A DNA stretch of 64,000 nt. It comes from Bacteroidia bacterium. GTDB lineage: Bacteria > Bacteroidota > Bacteroidia > Palsa-965. Both the position numbers and the translations under genes were made by a program. This document shows positions 38,670 through 47,892 of the stretch, one piece after another; positions within the stretch are counted from its first letter, which is position 1; each line of letters begins with the position of its first letter. The notes below the pieces were generated by a model, which searched no databases, had not been told where the DNA came from, and was given only the letters and a program-made list of their open reading frames with translations. The stretch lies in NCBI GenBank assembly GCA_025454955.1, contig JALONL010000006.1:284198-348197 (forward strand). Direction: 5' to 3'.

Positions 38670-39047
38670 TTAAGCCGGCAAGGCATTCATTACTTTGTTT
38701 ACGGCAGCAGTGAGGCTTTCGGAAGTAAACGGCTTCACAATGTAATCGGCCGCACCCAGCGTCATTCCTTCGCTGATTACCGACTCCTGCCCTACTGCAC
38801 TGATCATAATTATCTGCGCCCTGATATTTTCTTCCTGCTTGAGTACTTTCAGAATATCAGTACCAATCATATCGGGCAGAATATTATCGAGCGTAATCAG
38901 ATCGGGATCAAGTTCAATGGCCAGATCAATAGCCGATTCGCCATTGGCCGCCTGCCCGGTTACTGTATATCCGGCAGCGATAAGTGCTTCGCTTATCATG
39001 GTTCGCATGTACAGCGAATCGTCAACAATAAGAACAGATTTCGACAT
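38670..39047 (-). CDS. cheY: Chemotaxis response regulator CheY
   Basis: A 125-aa ORF with VLIVDDS...DLITLD...DYIVKPF receiver-domain motifs. Confidence 0.9.
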   Translation of the reverse strand: MSKSVLIVDDSLYMRTMISEALIAAGYTVTGQAANGESAIDLAIELDPDLITLDNILPDMIGTDILKVLKQEENIRAQIIMISAVGQESVISEGMTLGAADYIVKPFTSESLTAAVNKVMNALPA

Positions 39048-39058
39048 CGTGTATGGGT

Positions 39059-39619
39059 TTAATCGTTTTGCATATTGAGTTTGTCCTGTATATCGGCTTC
39101 GGTGCGTACGAGGTGATTGAGGTGAAGCAACATAATTAACCGCGTACCGTCTTTCACCACGCCCGAAATAGCAGCCATGTCGAGCGACGAGTATTGCACA
39201 AAACCTGCCGCATCTTCAATCTGTTCTTCGTACACGTTAATGGTATCGGGCACTTCGTTTACAATTATGCCGGCTTTCACCGTTTCGTGTTCGAGCACCA
39301 GGGCATAGCGTTCCTGCAATTGCGTAGTTTTTTCGATTCCGAATTTTATTTCCGGATCGATTATGGCCAATATGTTGCCGCGAATATTTACCACGCCCAG
39401 AAAATAATCGGGCATTTGCGGTACGTGTGCAATTTTGGGGGCAGGCACAATTTCTTTGATCTTGTCGATAGACAGTGCGTACTCTTCGCGGCCAATTTTA
39501 AACACTACCAGCTGAATGCGGCGGCCGTTGGTTTCTTTTTCCTGAACTTCGGCGGCGGCTTCGCGCTTCACATCGTCGAGCGTGTAATGGCCGGGAGTAA
39601 TGGAGTTCGATGTATCCAT
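39059..39619 (-). CDS. cheW: Chemotaxis coupling protein CheW
   Basis: A 186-aa ORF with CheW-like domain features (…LVVFKIGREEYALSIDKIKEIV…, …GVVNIRGNILAIID…). Confidence 0.8.
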   Translation of the reverse strand: MDTSNSITPGHYTLDDVKREAAAEVQEKETNGRRIQLVVFKIGREEYALSIDKIKEIVPAPKIAHVPQMPDYFLGVVNIRGNILAIIDPEIKFGIEKTTQLQERYALVLEHETVKAGIIVNEVPDTINVYEEQIEDAAGFVQYSSLDMAAISGVVKDGTRLIMLLHLNHLVRTEADIQDKLNMQND

Positions 39620-39626
39620 GTCCGGC

Positions 39627-41582
39627 TCAGAGTTTAAATTTGCTTACACCGTCGAGCAGTTGCGTGGCTACATCGGCCAGGTCGCGGCTTGTGGCGGTCA
39701 CTTCGTTCATGCCAAGACTGAGTTCTTTCGACGAGGAGGCAATTTGTTCGGTGCCCGAAGCGGTTTCTTCGGCCACCACCACAATTTTCTCGATGTTTTT
39801 TACGGTCGATTGTATGGCCTGTTTCTGCGAGTTGGTGGCATCCACAATGCTGCGCGAGAGTGCGAGGGTTTCGCTGCTCATTTTCTCGATTTGCTGAAAC
39901 ACGGTTTCGGCATCTTTAGAAGCAGAGTTGCCGTTTATTACCGAACGTTCCATGGCATCAATGGCTTTGGAGGCCGAAATAATGTCTTTCTGCACTTCAC
40001 GGATTACCTTTTCAATTTCCACCGCCGAGCGGCGCGAGTCTTCGGCCAGTTTGCGTATTTCGTCGGCCACCACCGAAAAGCCGCGTCCTGCCTCGCCTGC
40101 GCGGGCAGCTTCAATGGCGGCGTTGAGGGCAAGCAGGTTGGTTTGCGAAGCAATGCCGGTAATAACGGTAAGTGCGCGTGTAATTTCTTCCGAGCGTTCG
40201 GTGAGCACGTTAATGGAAGCCGAAGACGAATGGGCCGAGCTTTGAATCTGCTGCATACTTTCCACCACCTTGCGCACAGTGCCTAAGCCTTCAGACGCAT
40301 TGGTCTTGCCCGTTTCGGCGGCCGACTGAATCAGTTCGGCCTTGGTGTTTACCTCATTCGATTCGCCGAGCACGGCATCAATAAGGCGGCTCGACTCGTC
40401 GGTTTGCTGAGCCTGTTGCTGTGTGCCTTCGGCCATTTGCTGTGTGGCTGAGGCCACTTCGCGGGTGGTGTTGCGCATTTGTTCGCCCTTGGTGAGCATT
40501 TCTTCGGCCGAAGAGGCTACCAGATTGGCCATTTTGGAAATGCGGTTGAGCAGTTGTCCCACATTATCGAGCGCATTATTGAGACCATCGCCCATGCGCT
40601 GCAATTCTTCATTATCGGTAATGCGCAGCGAAAAACGTTCGCGCAAATCGCCTTCGGCCATTTTATTTATCACGCGGCGTACTTCGTCGTTGGCTTTGTT
40701 GCGTTTTTCCACTTCCTCGTCTTTGGCCTTCAAACTCTTGCGCATCAGCCCCAGCGAGTTGTTGAGTTCAAGCATTTCGCCCGAAGTTTTGATCTTTACT
40801 TCTTCATCGAGATTGCCGCGGGCCACTTCATTTACCACCCGGTTTACTTCATGAATGGGTCTGATAATGGAACGCATAAGAATAAGTCCGAACACCACCG
40901 AAATGCCGAGCACCAAAAAAATGGCAATGGCCGTAAACGTGATGGTTTGTGCAAATGCTTCGGAAGATTCATCGCGAAGTATTTCCGATTTTTTCATAAT
41001 GGTTTCGCTCAGTGCTTCCATTTCCACGGCCAGCTTGTCGTAGGTAATTTCATATTCAGGCAAACGTGCTTTTACCATAAACTCCGCCATCGAATCGCCC
41101 GAAAAGGCAATTTTTACCAGTTCGTTGCTTACATCGGTATAAGATTGAAGCGCGGGCCTTACCGTGGCTAACTTGTCTTTTATTTCGGGCCCCAGGTCAA
41201 AAGCCGAAAGCCTGTCAATGGCCGACATGAAAGAACCCGTATGCAGGTTGAGACTTTCCCTGGTGTCTTTTACCTCATCGGCATTGGTTTCATCGGCCAC
41301 CACGGCACTAAGCACATCGGCCTTAATGGCATCGTGCGCCATGTCGGCTGTCATTTGCTGATAAATGGCACCGGATACATCCACGATACCATTTTTTGTT
41401 TTTTCTATCCGGCTCAAAGAGAAATAGGCATACACGCCCAGCGCAATAAAGAACAAGGCGTTTATTGCAATGATGAGTCCGACTTTTGTAATGATTTTCA
41501 TGGGGGGGAGTCTGTTGTTATTGGTGTGAAGTGTAGCGTGTAGTGTGTATATGCTTTTATTTTCTAGAAAGAAACTATACAT
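39627..41582 (-). CDS. Methyl-accepting chemotaxis protein (N-terminal TM sensor, HAMP, MCP signalling domain)
   Basis: A 651-aa ORF with two TM helices, a HAMP domain (…[21 protein letters not shown]…) and the highly conserved MCP tip (…[40 protein letters not shown]…). Confidence 0.9.
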   Translation of the reverse strand: MYSFFLENKSIYTLHATLHTNNNRLPPMKIITKVGLIIAINALFFIALGVYAYFSLSRIEKTKNGIVDVSGAIYQQMTADMAHDAIKADVLSAVVADETNADEVKDTRESLNLHTGSFMSAIDRLSAFDLGPEIKDKLATVRPALQSYTDVSNELVKIAFSGDSMAEFMVKARLPEYEITYDKLAVEMEALSETIMKKSEILRDESSEAFAQTITFTAIAIFLVLGISVVFGLILMRSIIRPIHEVNRVVNEVARGNLDEEVKIKTSGEMLELNNSLGLMRKSLKAKDEEVEKRNKANDEVRRVINKMAEGDLRERFSLRITDNEELQRMGDGLNNALDNVGQLLNRISKMANLVASSAEEMLTKGEQMRNTTREVASATQQMAEGTQQQAQQTDESSRLIDAVLGESNEVNTKAELIQSAAETGKTNASEGLGTVRKVVESMQQIQSSAHSSSASINVLTERSEEITRALTVITGIASQTNLLALNAAIEAARAGEAGRGFSVVADEIRKLAEDSRRSAVEIEKVIREVQKDIISASKAIDAMERSVINGNSASKDAETVFQQIEKMSSETLALSRSIVDATNSQKQAIQSTVKNIEKIVVVAEETASGTEQIASSSKELSLGMNEVTATSRDLADVATQLLDGVSKFKL

Positions 41583-42859
41583 CGTACAGTTCCCACGCAG
41601 GCGTTTTTGTTGGCCGGATTGAGTCCGGGATTGATGATGTATTGAAAATCGGGTTGCACAAAAAAGTGTTCGCCGAGCGGTTCTTTCCAGGTAATTTCAA
41701 TTACACTTTCAAATGTATCGGCAGGAGCGCCGGGCATACTGCGCCAGGCATTGCTTATGCGTGAGTGTGCGTAGGCAATTCCCAACTGGTCGTTTCTTCC
41801 GTGCCATACTCCGCGGTAATTAAAACCAAAGCCCACATAAAAATCGGTCATGTTGCTTTGCGTGGGTGCGTATGCAATTTGTCCGAAAATGCCTGGGCCT
41901 TTTCCTTCGTCGCCATCAAAATGAAAAAGCTGCTGATCGAAGTGCAGGTAAAGTCCCCAGTTTCCGGCGGCAGTGTATGCACCTGTATCGGTATATCGTT
42001 CGAAATCGGCGGTGTGATAGTAGCCGCCTAATTTCCAGGTGCCGGTTACTTCATCGCCACTCACAAAATGATAGTGCAGTTCGCCAATGCCCAATGCGCC
42101 TTCTTCTTTCGACATGCGCATACTGAGTCCATAAGGATCGGTATCAAAACTTTCGGGATCGCCGTCATATACTGCAGCCCTGAAACCCCAGCGGGCATTG
42201 AAATCGGCACTCACCAGCAGGGCCAGACTGGTGCGCGGATAAATGGCCAGCGGCACATTTAACGAGCCCGACGACATTACACCGAAAGCACTGTTTACAT
42301 ACAGCAAACCATAATCGGTAACCATGAATACAGAATTAAGGTCGTGCTTACCGGCAAGTAATGATACATTTCCGAAGGTTTGCTGATACCAAAGCTGATA
42401 GAGATAAGTAGCAGGCGTACTTTCGATATTGGAAAACACCTGCACATCGCCCACATAATCGCCGGTAACGGCCGCTCCGTGCGAGTGTTCGGCGTGCAGC
42501 ATAAACTCGCCGCCTTTAAACCATCCTGCCGAATCGGTGCTGAATCGTGCCGCAAGATCAATAAGCCCCATCTGCCCGTGCCCGGTTTGGCCGCCTCCCG
42601 AAAAATTGCGCGAAAAATCGCTGATATACTGAGCCGAAAATTCTACCGGCTCAGGGCGACTTGCCTCAGCCTGCGAACTGTTTGTGGTGGAGGAAACCGT
42701 GACATACCCTGCCGAATCGCCACGAAGGGCGGCAAGTTCTGAGGGCGTAAAAAACGCTTTCAGCTTTGCGCTGTCTGCCTGTGCCTGCAAAATGCCTGGC
42801 AAAAGGCAAAGCAAAATCAGTACCCAAAGCCGTGGGCCTGGGGGCGAGGGGTAATGCAT
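41564..42859 (-). CDS. Putative outer-membrane beta-barrel porin
   Basis: A 431-aa ORF with a signal peptide ([18 protein letters not shown]), alternating amphipathic strands and a C-terminal Phe (…VSF). Confidence 0.45.
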   Translation of the reverse strand: MHYPSPPGPRLWVLILLCLLPGILQAQADSAKLKAFFTPSELAALRGDSAGYVTVSSTTNSSQAEASRPEPVEFSAQYISDFSRNFSGGGQTGHGQMGLIDLAARFSTDSAGWFKGGEFMLHAEHSHGAAVTGDYVGDVQVFSNIESTPATYLYQLWYQQTFGNVSLLAGKHDLNSVFMVTDYGLLYVNSAFGVMSSGSLNVPLAIYPRTSLALLVSADFNARWGFRAAVYDGDPESFDTDPYGLSMRMSKEEGALGIGELHYHFVSGDEVTGTWKLGGYYHTADFERYTDTGAYTAAGNWGLYLHFDQQLFHFDGDEGKGPGIFGQIAYAPTQSNMTDFYVGFGFNYRGVWHGRNDQLGIAYAHSRISNAWRSMPGAPADTFESVIEITWKEPLGEHFFVQPDFQYIINPGLNPANKNACVGTVRCIVSF

Positions 42860-43414
42860 TGAGGTTGAGTTTTGGGCCTTTGATTTACAATAGGTCTGAG
42901 GGTAAACTTATTGCAAACTGATGCTTATACATCTATTAATCATGAATGGTTACCGTTGCGGGATTAAAAACAATTATTTCCATCCTTTTTCCTAAAATTG
43001 AAAAAATACATCCATGTAAACCGGTACAAAAATAGCTCAGTCAACATTTATTGTTGCACCATCATTCCGTACACTACACGTTTCCCTTAGCTTGAAAGTA
43101 CTGTAAAAACAACTCATTTGCATTAGCGCATCAATAATCATTGACACTTTATTTCATTTGTAAATAAAAACCATGGGAGAAATGTGTACAGTTTTCAAAT
43201 GAAATCTTCCTTTCAAAGCCGAGCTAAAAATGCAAGAAAAAAATCATTCATAAATTGATTTAATTCTATTGTATTATTAAAATATATTTAAAAGGAAATT
43301 TCAGCCCCCGGGGTTAACACCATGCATTTCCGGCCGGAAAGAGCAGAACCTTATTTTTTTATAGAATAATACCTGCGTTTTGTAAACAGAAAAAAATATA
43401 CCTTTGTCGAAGAT

Positions 43415-43580
43415 CAAAAGGGGTGCTGAGGGGCAAATTGCCGCGAGGCTGAGATCATACCCGGTGTAATACATTTTCTCAAAAAATGTGTACACGCACC
43501 TGAACAAGGTAATTCTTGCGTAGGGACAGGATCCGGTGAAAGAAGCGTTTCCCTTTAACGAAGAATTCACCGGGTCGCAA
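43415..43580 (+). ncRNA. TPP (thiamine pyrophosphate) riboswitch with downstream expression-platform hairpin
   Basis: GGGGUGC...CUGAGA..UACCC...ACCUGAACAAGGUAAUUCUUGCGUAGGGA matches the THI-element conserved cores (CUGAGA, ACCUGA.C, GGAUAAU-like GGUAAUU, GCGUAGGGA). It is followed by the hairpin CCGGTGAA...TTCACCGG 15 nt before the ATG of the TonB-dependent transporter. Confidence 0.8.
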
Positions 43581-43591
43581 CGAATCATTAA

Positions 43592-45991
43592 ATGAAAAAC
43601 ACATTATTCAGCCTCGCGGTACTGTGGATACCGCTGTGCGCAACGGCCCAGCTCAGACTGAGTGGAACCGTATCAGACCCAAACGGGCAACCAGTAAGTT
43701 TTGCCGCCGTGCAGATTTCGGGCACGTTCAGCGGGGCAATTACCAATGCCGCCGGGCAGTATCAGCTTCTCAATTTAAGCCGCGGCACGTATTCCATAAA
43801 GGCAAGCTGCCTCGGCTACACGCCCGAAATCAAAACCATTACGCTGAACAGCGACACCGTAGTTAATTTCCAACTCACTGCCGCCGCGTATCTCCAGCAG
43901 GAAGTGGTGGTGCAATCGACCAGGGCCAATGCCAACTCGGCCATGGCAAGCACCGAAGTAAGCAAAGACGATCTGGCGCAGGTAAATTACGGGCAGGATT
44001 TGCCCATACTGCTCAACCTGCTACCCTCGGTAGTGACCACTTCCGATGCCGGTGCGGGCGTGGGTTACACGGGCATACGCATACGCGGCACCGATGCCTC
44101 GCGCATTAATGTGACCATTAACGGCATTCCGGTAAACGATGCCGAATCGCAGGGTGTGTTTTGGGTGAATATGCCCGACTTTGCCTCGTCGGTGCAAAGC
44201 ATTCAGGTGCAGCGCGGCGTGGGCACGTCAACCAACGGAGCCGGTGCGTTTGGCGGTTCGGTAAATATGCAGACTGATGATTTGCGCGACTCGGCCTATA
44301 CCGATTTGGTGGTGTCGGCAGGCTCGTTCAATACGCGGCGCGTGTCGTTTAAAACAGGCACAGGGCTAATCAAAAAACACTGGGCTTTCGACGGCCGCCT
44401 TTCGCGTATCAGCAGCGACGGGTTTATAGACCGGGCATCGTCTGAACTGCAATCGTGGTACGGCAGCGGAGGCTGGTATGGCGATCGTTTTTTTGTGAAA
44501 GCCGTGGTATTTTCGGGCAACGAAAAAACGTATCAGGCATGGTACGGTGTGCCCGAAGATTCGGTGCGTGCCGGAAATTATACCTACAATCCTGCCGGAG
44601 AAATTTACACGCCACAGGGCAATGTAATATACTACGACAACGAAACCGACAATTACCGACAAACGCATTACCAGCTCATCAGCGCCTATACCCTCTCGCC
44701 CGAGTGGACGCTCAACACTGCGCTGCACGCCACACGCGGACTGGGCTACTACGAGCAATACAGGGCTGGCGAAACTTTTGCCGAATATAATTTGCCCGAT
44801 TACATTTCGGGTAACGACACCATTTCCACCACCGATCTTGTGCGCCGTCTCTGGCTCGACAATTGGTTTTACGGCCTCACCTTTTCGCTCAACGGCCGCA
44901 TAAACAACCGCTGGCAAATTGTGGCAGGCGGTGCAGCCAATCAGTACAACGGCGATCACTACGGCACAGTGGAATGGACGCAGGCCCCGCTCGTGCAGCC
45001 GCGCGATTTTAAATACTACTTCAACAACGGTCTCAAAAACGATATTACCGTTTACCTGAAATCGAACTGGCAGGCCACCAAAACAATCAACCTTTTTGGC
45101 GATGTGCAGGCGCGTTACGTAAGCTACACGTTTGAAGGATTCGACCGCAATGCCAACAACGTGACGCAGGAAGTGAGTTACTTTTTCCTGAATCCCAAAG
45201 CCGGTGTGACTTTTACGCCCAATGATGCACACTCGTTTTACGCCTCGGTGAGTGTGGGCAACAAAGAACCCAACCGCGACGATCTCACCGAATCGTCGCC
45301 CGAAAGCCGACCGAAACACGAAACACTTTACGACGGCGAGGCAGGCTGGAAATACACCCGGCGCAAACTCCGCGCAGGAGTCAATTTGTATTACATGTAT
45401 TACATCAATCAGCTTGTGGTAACCGGCAAACTGAATGATGTGGGCGCATACACGCGGCAGAATGTAGATCGCAGCTACCGCGCCGGTGTGGAACTGGAAG
45501 CCGCCTGGCAGCCGTTTAAAAAATTGGGCGTGGCCGGAAACCTTACACTGAGCCAAAACCGCATTCTCGATTTCGAAGAGTTTGTGGATGATTTTGATAA
45601 TGGCGGACAGGTGATAAACAAATTTGCCGAAACCGATATTGCGCTTTCGCCCGCCGTGGTGGCTGCCGCGCAGCTCAACTGGATGCCTGCGAAACCGCTG
45701 CTGTTTACGCTTACTGCAAAACATGTGGGAAGACAATACTTAGACAACACCACTAATACAAACCGCAGCATTGATCCGTTTACGGTAAGTGATTTCAGGG
45801 CGCAGTGGAAATTTCCGGTAAAGGAAATGCGCGAACTTACGCTGGGCGTACAGGTAAACAACCTGCTTAATTTGCGGTACAGCAACAATGGCTACACCTT
45901 CGGCTTCATTGCCGGCGGGCCACAGCAGTTCAATTATTTTTTCCCGCAGGCGGGGCGTAATTTTATGATTATGCTTACTGCAAGATTTTAA
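43592..45991 (+). CDS. TonB-dependent outer-membrane transporter (CarboxypepD_reg + plug + barrel), riboswitch-controlled; likely thiamine/thiamine-precursor uptake
   Basis: A 799-aa ORF with a signal peptide, a CarboxypepD_reg-like N-terminus (LSGTVSDPNGQPVSFAAVQISG…GQYQL) and a plug (…GIRIRGTDASRINVTINGIPVND…). It ends in a terminal Phe. Confidence 0.85.
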   Translation: MKNTLFSLAVLWIPLCATAQLRLSGTVSDPNGQPVSFAAVQISGTFSGAITNAAGQYQLLNLSRGTYSIKASCLGYTPEIKTITLNSDTVVNFQLTAAAYLQQEVVVQSTRANANSAMASTEVSKDDLAQVNYGQDLPILLNLLPSVVTTSDAGAGVGYTGIRIRGTDASRINVTINGIPVNDAESQGVFWVNMPDFASSVQSIQVQRGVGTSTNGAGAFGGSVNMQTDDLRDSAYTDLVVSAGSFNTRRVSFKTGTGLIKKHWAFDGRLSRISSDGFIDRASSELQSWYGSGGWYGDRFFVKAVVFSGNEKTYQAWYGVPEDSVRAGNYTYNPAGEIYTPQGNVIYYDNETDNYRQTHYQLISAYTLSPEWTLNTALHATRGLGYYEQYRAGETFAEYNLPDYISGNDTISTTDLVRRLWLDNWFYGLTFSLNGRINNRWQIVAGGAANQYNGDHYGTVEWTQAPLVQPRDFKYYFNNGLKNDITVYLKSNWQATKTINLFGDVQARYVSYTFEGFDRNANNVTQEVSYFFLNPKAGVTFTPNDAHSFYASVSVGNKEPNRDDLTESSPESRPKHETLYDGEAGWKYTRRKLRAGVNLYYMYYINQLVVTGKLNDVGAYTRQNVDRSYRAGVELEAAWQPFKKLGVAGNLTLSQNRILDFEEFVDDFDNGGQVINKFAETDIALSPAVVAAAQLNWMPAKPLLFTLTAKHVGRQYLDNTTNTNRSIDPFTVSDFRAQWKFPVKEMRELTLGVQVNNLLNLRYSNNGYTFGFIAGGPQQFNYFFPQAGRNFMIMLTARF

Positions 45992-46006
45992 ACGGAATAT
46001 TTTTCT

Positions 46007-46045
46007 CTCAAAACGCCGCTCTTTTCAGGGCGGCGTTTTTATTAT
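46007..46045 (+). terminator. Rho-independent terminator after the TonB-dependent transporter
   Basis: AAAACGCCGC-TCTTTTCAGG-GCGGCGTTTT followed by TATTAT. Confidence 0.65.
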
Positions 46046-46423
46046 ATTATTTCAATGAATATAAATTGATTTCCCAAAACTGCTCCCACAGGCAGGAAAT
46101 GGCCAAAAAGCCCTTTAACCGACAACAAACGGCTGATTTTGGGGATTATTTATTTTCCATCAACAAATAACTACACCATCAACAAATTTATTGTCTGTAA
46201 ATTTTGGCCCTATTTAAAAACGTTAAAATGCAATAAATCAACTATTTATCAAGTTATCAACATGGCAATCCTATGAAAATTCCGGCGAAAATTTCTCTTG
46301 ACAAGGGCTTTTTGAGGTGTGACCTTGTAAGGGTAAGTACAATGCAATAAGGCAGGTATTGCCTGAATGCGAATTGATAGAAAGTAATTAACCCTGTTCC
46401 TCGATTATAAATTAGATCAGAAG

Positions 46424-47860
46424 ATGTACATCCACAATCATCCTTCAAACAGTCCGTTTCTGTATGAATCGGAAGGAAAATTTACCGCCGGTGCACTTGA
46501 GGCGTACAATGAATTGCTGCGAAACGAAACAGACTGGCTCGTGCGTGTAATGCTGTTGCGTTTCCCGAAATCGTCCAACGGCGGTTACGAATTTGCTTCG
46601 GAAGCAAACTGGGAACAACTGCCTCCGCCCGATTTGCGCGATGGCAAAGGTCCGTATGCCGCGCTGGTAAATGCGCTCGAACTTGGTGCCGAAGAACGTT
46701 TGCTGCTCATCCTCACGCTGGCGCGGCAAATGAGCAAGCACTCGCTCAAGGTGCTTACGGATATTCTGATGACTCAGGCAGAGTATCACGACGAAATTGG
46801 CTGTTACTTCGTTACACCCAACCGTTCGCTGGTGTTTACGCTCAATACGGTGCTTACGCTCATTGCGGGCAATCATGCAGGACGGCGCGGTATGGCGTTT
46901 ACCAAACTGGTGCAGGAAAGTAAATTGGTGCGTGAGCAGATTCTTGAATTTGAAACACCTACCAATTTCAGCATTCAGTTTGGCGAGGGCGAAAAAGCAC
47001 CGGTGCTGGCCAAAGAGTATGTCACATTTCTGCTCAGCGGAAAACCGCCACGTCCTGATTTTGGCGAGAATTTCCCGGCCAAATTGGTAAGCACCAATCT
47101 CGACTGGCATCACCTCGTGGTACAGAAAGCCACGCGCGACGAAATAAACTGGGTGGTGCAATGGATCAGCCACGGCAGGCCGTTTACCGAACGTGTGGGC
47201 AGCAGGGCAATAAGCAGTTTTCCGGTGTTGTTTTTCGGCCCTCCCGGCACGGGCAAAACACTGGCGGCAAAACTCATCGGCAAGCAGTTTGGCAAAATGG
47301 TATTTCGTATCGACCTCTCGATGATGGTGAGCAAATACATCGGCGAAACCGAAAAAAACCTCGCCCGCCTGTTTGACCGCGCACAGGGCAAAGACTGGAT
47401 TCTGTTCTTCGACGAGGCCGATTCGCTCTTCAGCAAACGCACACAGGTAAACGACTCGCACGATAAATGGGCCAACCTCGAAACCAGCTACCTCCTGCAG
47501 CGCATCGAAGAATACGACGGTCTCTGCATCCTCGCCACCAACCTGCGCGACAATATTGATGCCGCCATGCTGCGTCGTTTTCAATACACCATCCATTTCC
47601 CGCGTCCCACAGAGGAACTCCGCGAACAACTCTGGAAAAGCCTGCTGCCAAACGGCTATGAGTTCGACCAGCTCGACTTCCGCAAACTCTGCGTGCAGGA
47701 TTTAACCGGTGCCAACATATCCAACGTACTCAACCACGCCTGCCTCGCCGCCGAAGCCGAGGGGCGAACGGTGTTGAAGAACTCAGAAATTGTACAGTTC
47801 ATGGCACTGGAGCTGATGAAGGAAAGTCGTACACTGAAATCGACCGATCATATTAAGTAA
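46424..47860 (+). CDS. AAA+ ATPase of the eCIS-associated (Afp15/Pvc15-like, CDC48-type) family
   Basis: A 478-aa ORF. The C-terminal AAA domain has Walker A FFGPPGTGKTLAAKLIG, Walker B ILFFDEAD, sensor-1 ILATN and an arginine finger region. …MMVSKYIGETEKNLARLFDRA… is the hallmark stretch of this ATPase family. The N-terminal ~270 aa are of unknown function. Confidence 0.75.
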   Translation: MYIHNHPSNSPFLYESEGKFTAGALEAYNELLRNETDWLVRVMLLRFPKSSNGGYEFASEANWEQLPPPDLRDGKGPYAALVNALELGAEERLLLILTLARQMSKHSLKVLTDILMTQAEYHDEIGCYFVTPNRSLVFTLNTVLTLIAGNHAGRRGMAFTKLVQESKLVREQILEFETPTNFSIQFGEGEKAPVLAKEYVTFLLSGKPPRPDFGENFPAKLVSTNLDWHHLVVQKATRDEINWVVQWISHGRPFTERVGSRAISSFPVLFFGPPGTGKTLAAKLIGKQFGKMVFRIDLSMMVSKYIGETEKNLARLFDRAQGKDWILFFDEADSLFSKRTQVNDSHDKWANLETSYLLQRIEEYDGLCILATNLRDNIDAAMLRRFQYTIHFPRPTEELREQLWKSLLPNGYEFDQLDFRKLCVQDLTGANISNVLNHACLAAEAEGRTVLKNSEIVQFMALELMKESRTLKSTDHIK

Positions 47861-47892
47861 GAAGTTTCCGTTTACATTTTCATTGCACAGTT

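Noticed and set aside
43301-43588. 95-aa minus-strand ORF upstream of the TonB transporter
   Set aside because: It overlaps the TPP riboswitch aptamer and expression platform and is most likely non-coding leader sequence.
44366-45736. 456-aa minus-strand ORF inside the TonB-dependent transporter gene
   Set aside because: Antisense to a transporter gene supported by signal peptide, CarboxypepD_reg, plug and terminal-Phe features.
46445-47629. 394-aa minus-strand ORF opposite the AAA+ ATPase gene
   Set aside because: Antisense to a gene with clear Walker A, Walker B and sensor motifs; it has no features of its own.
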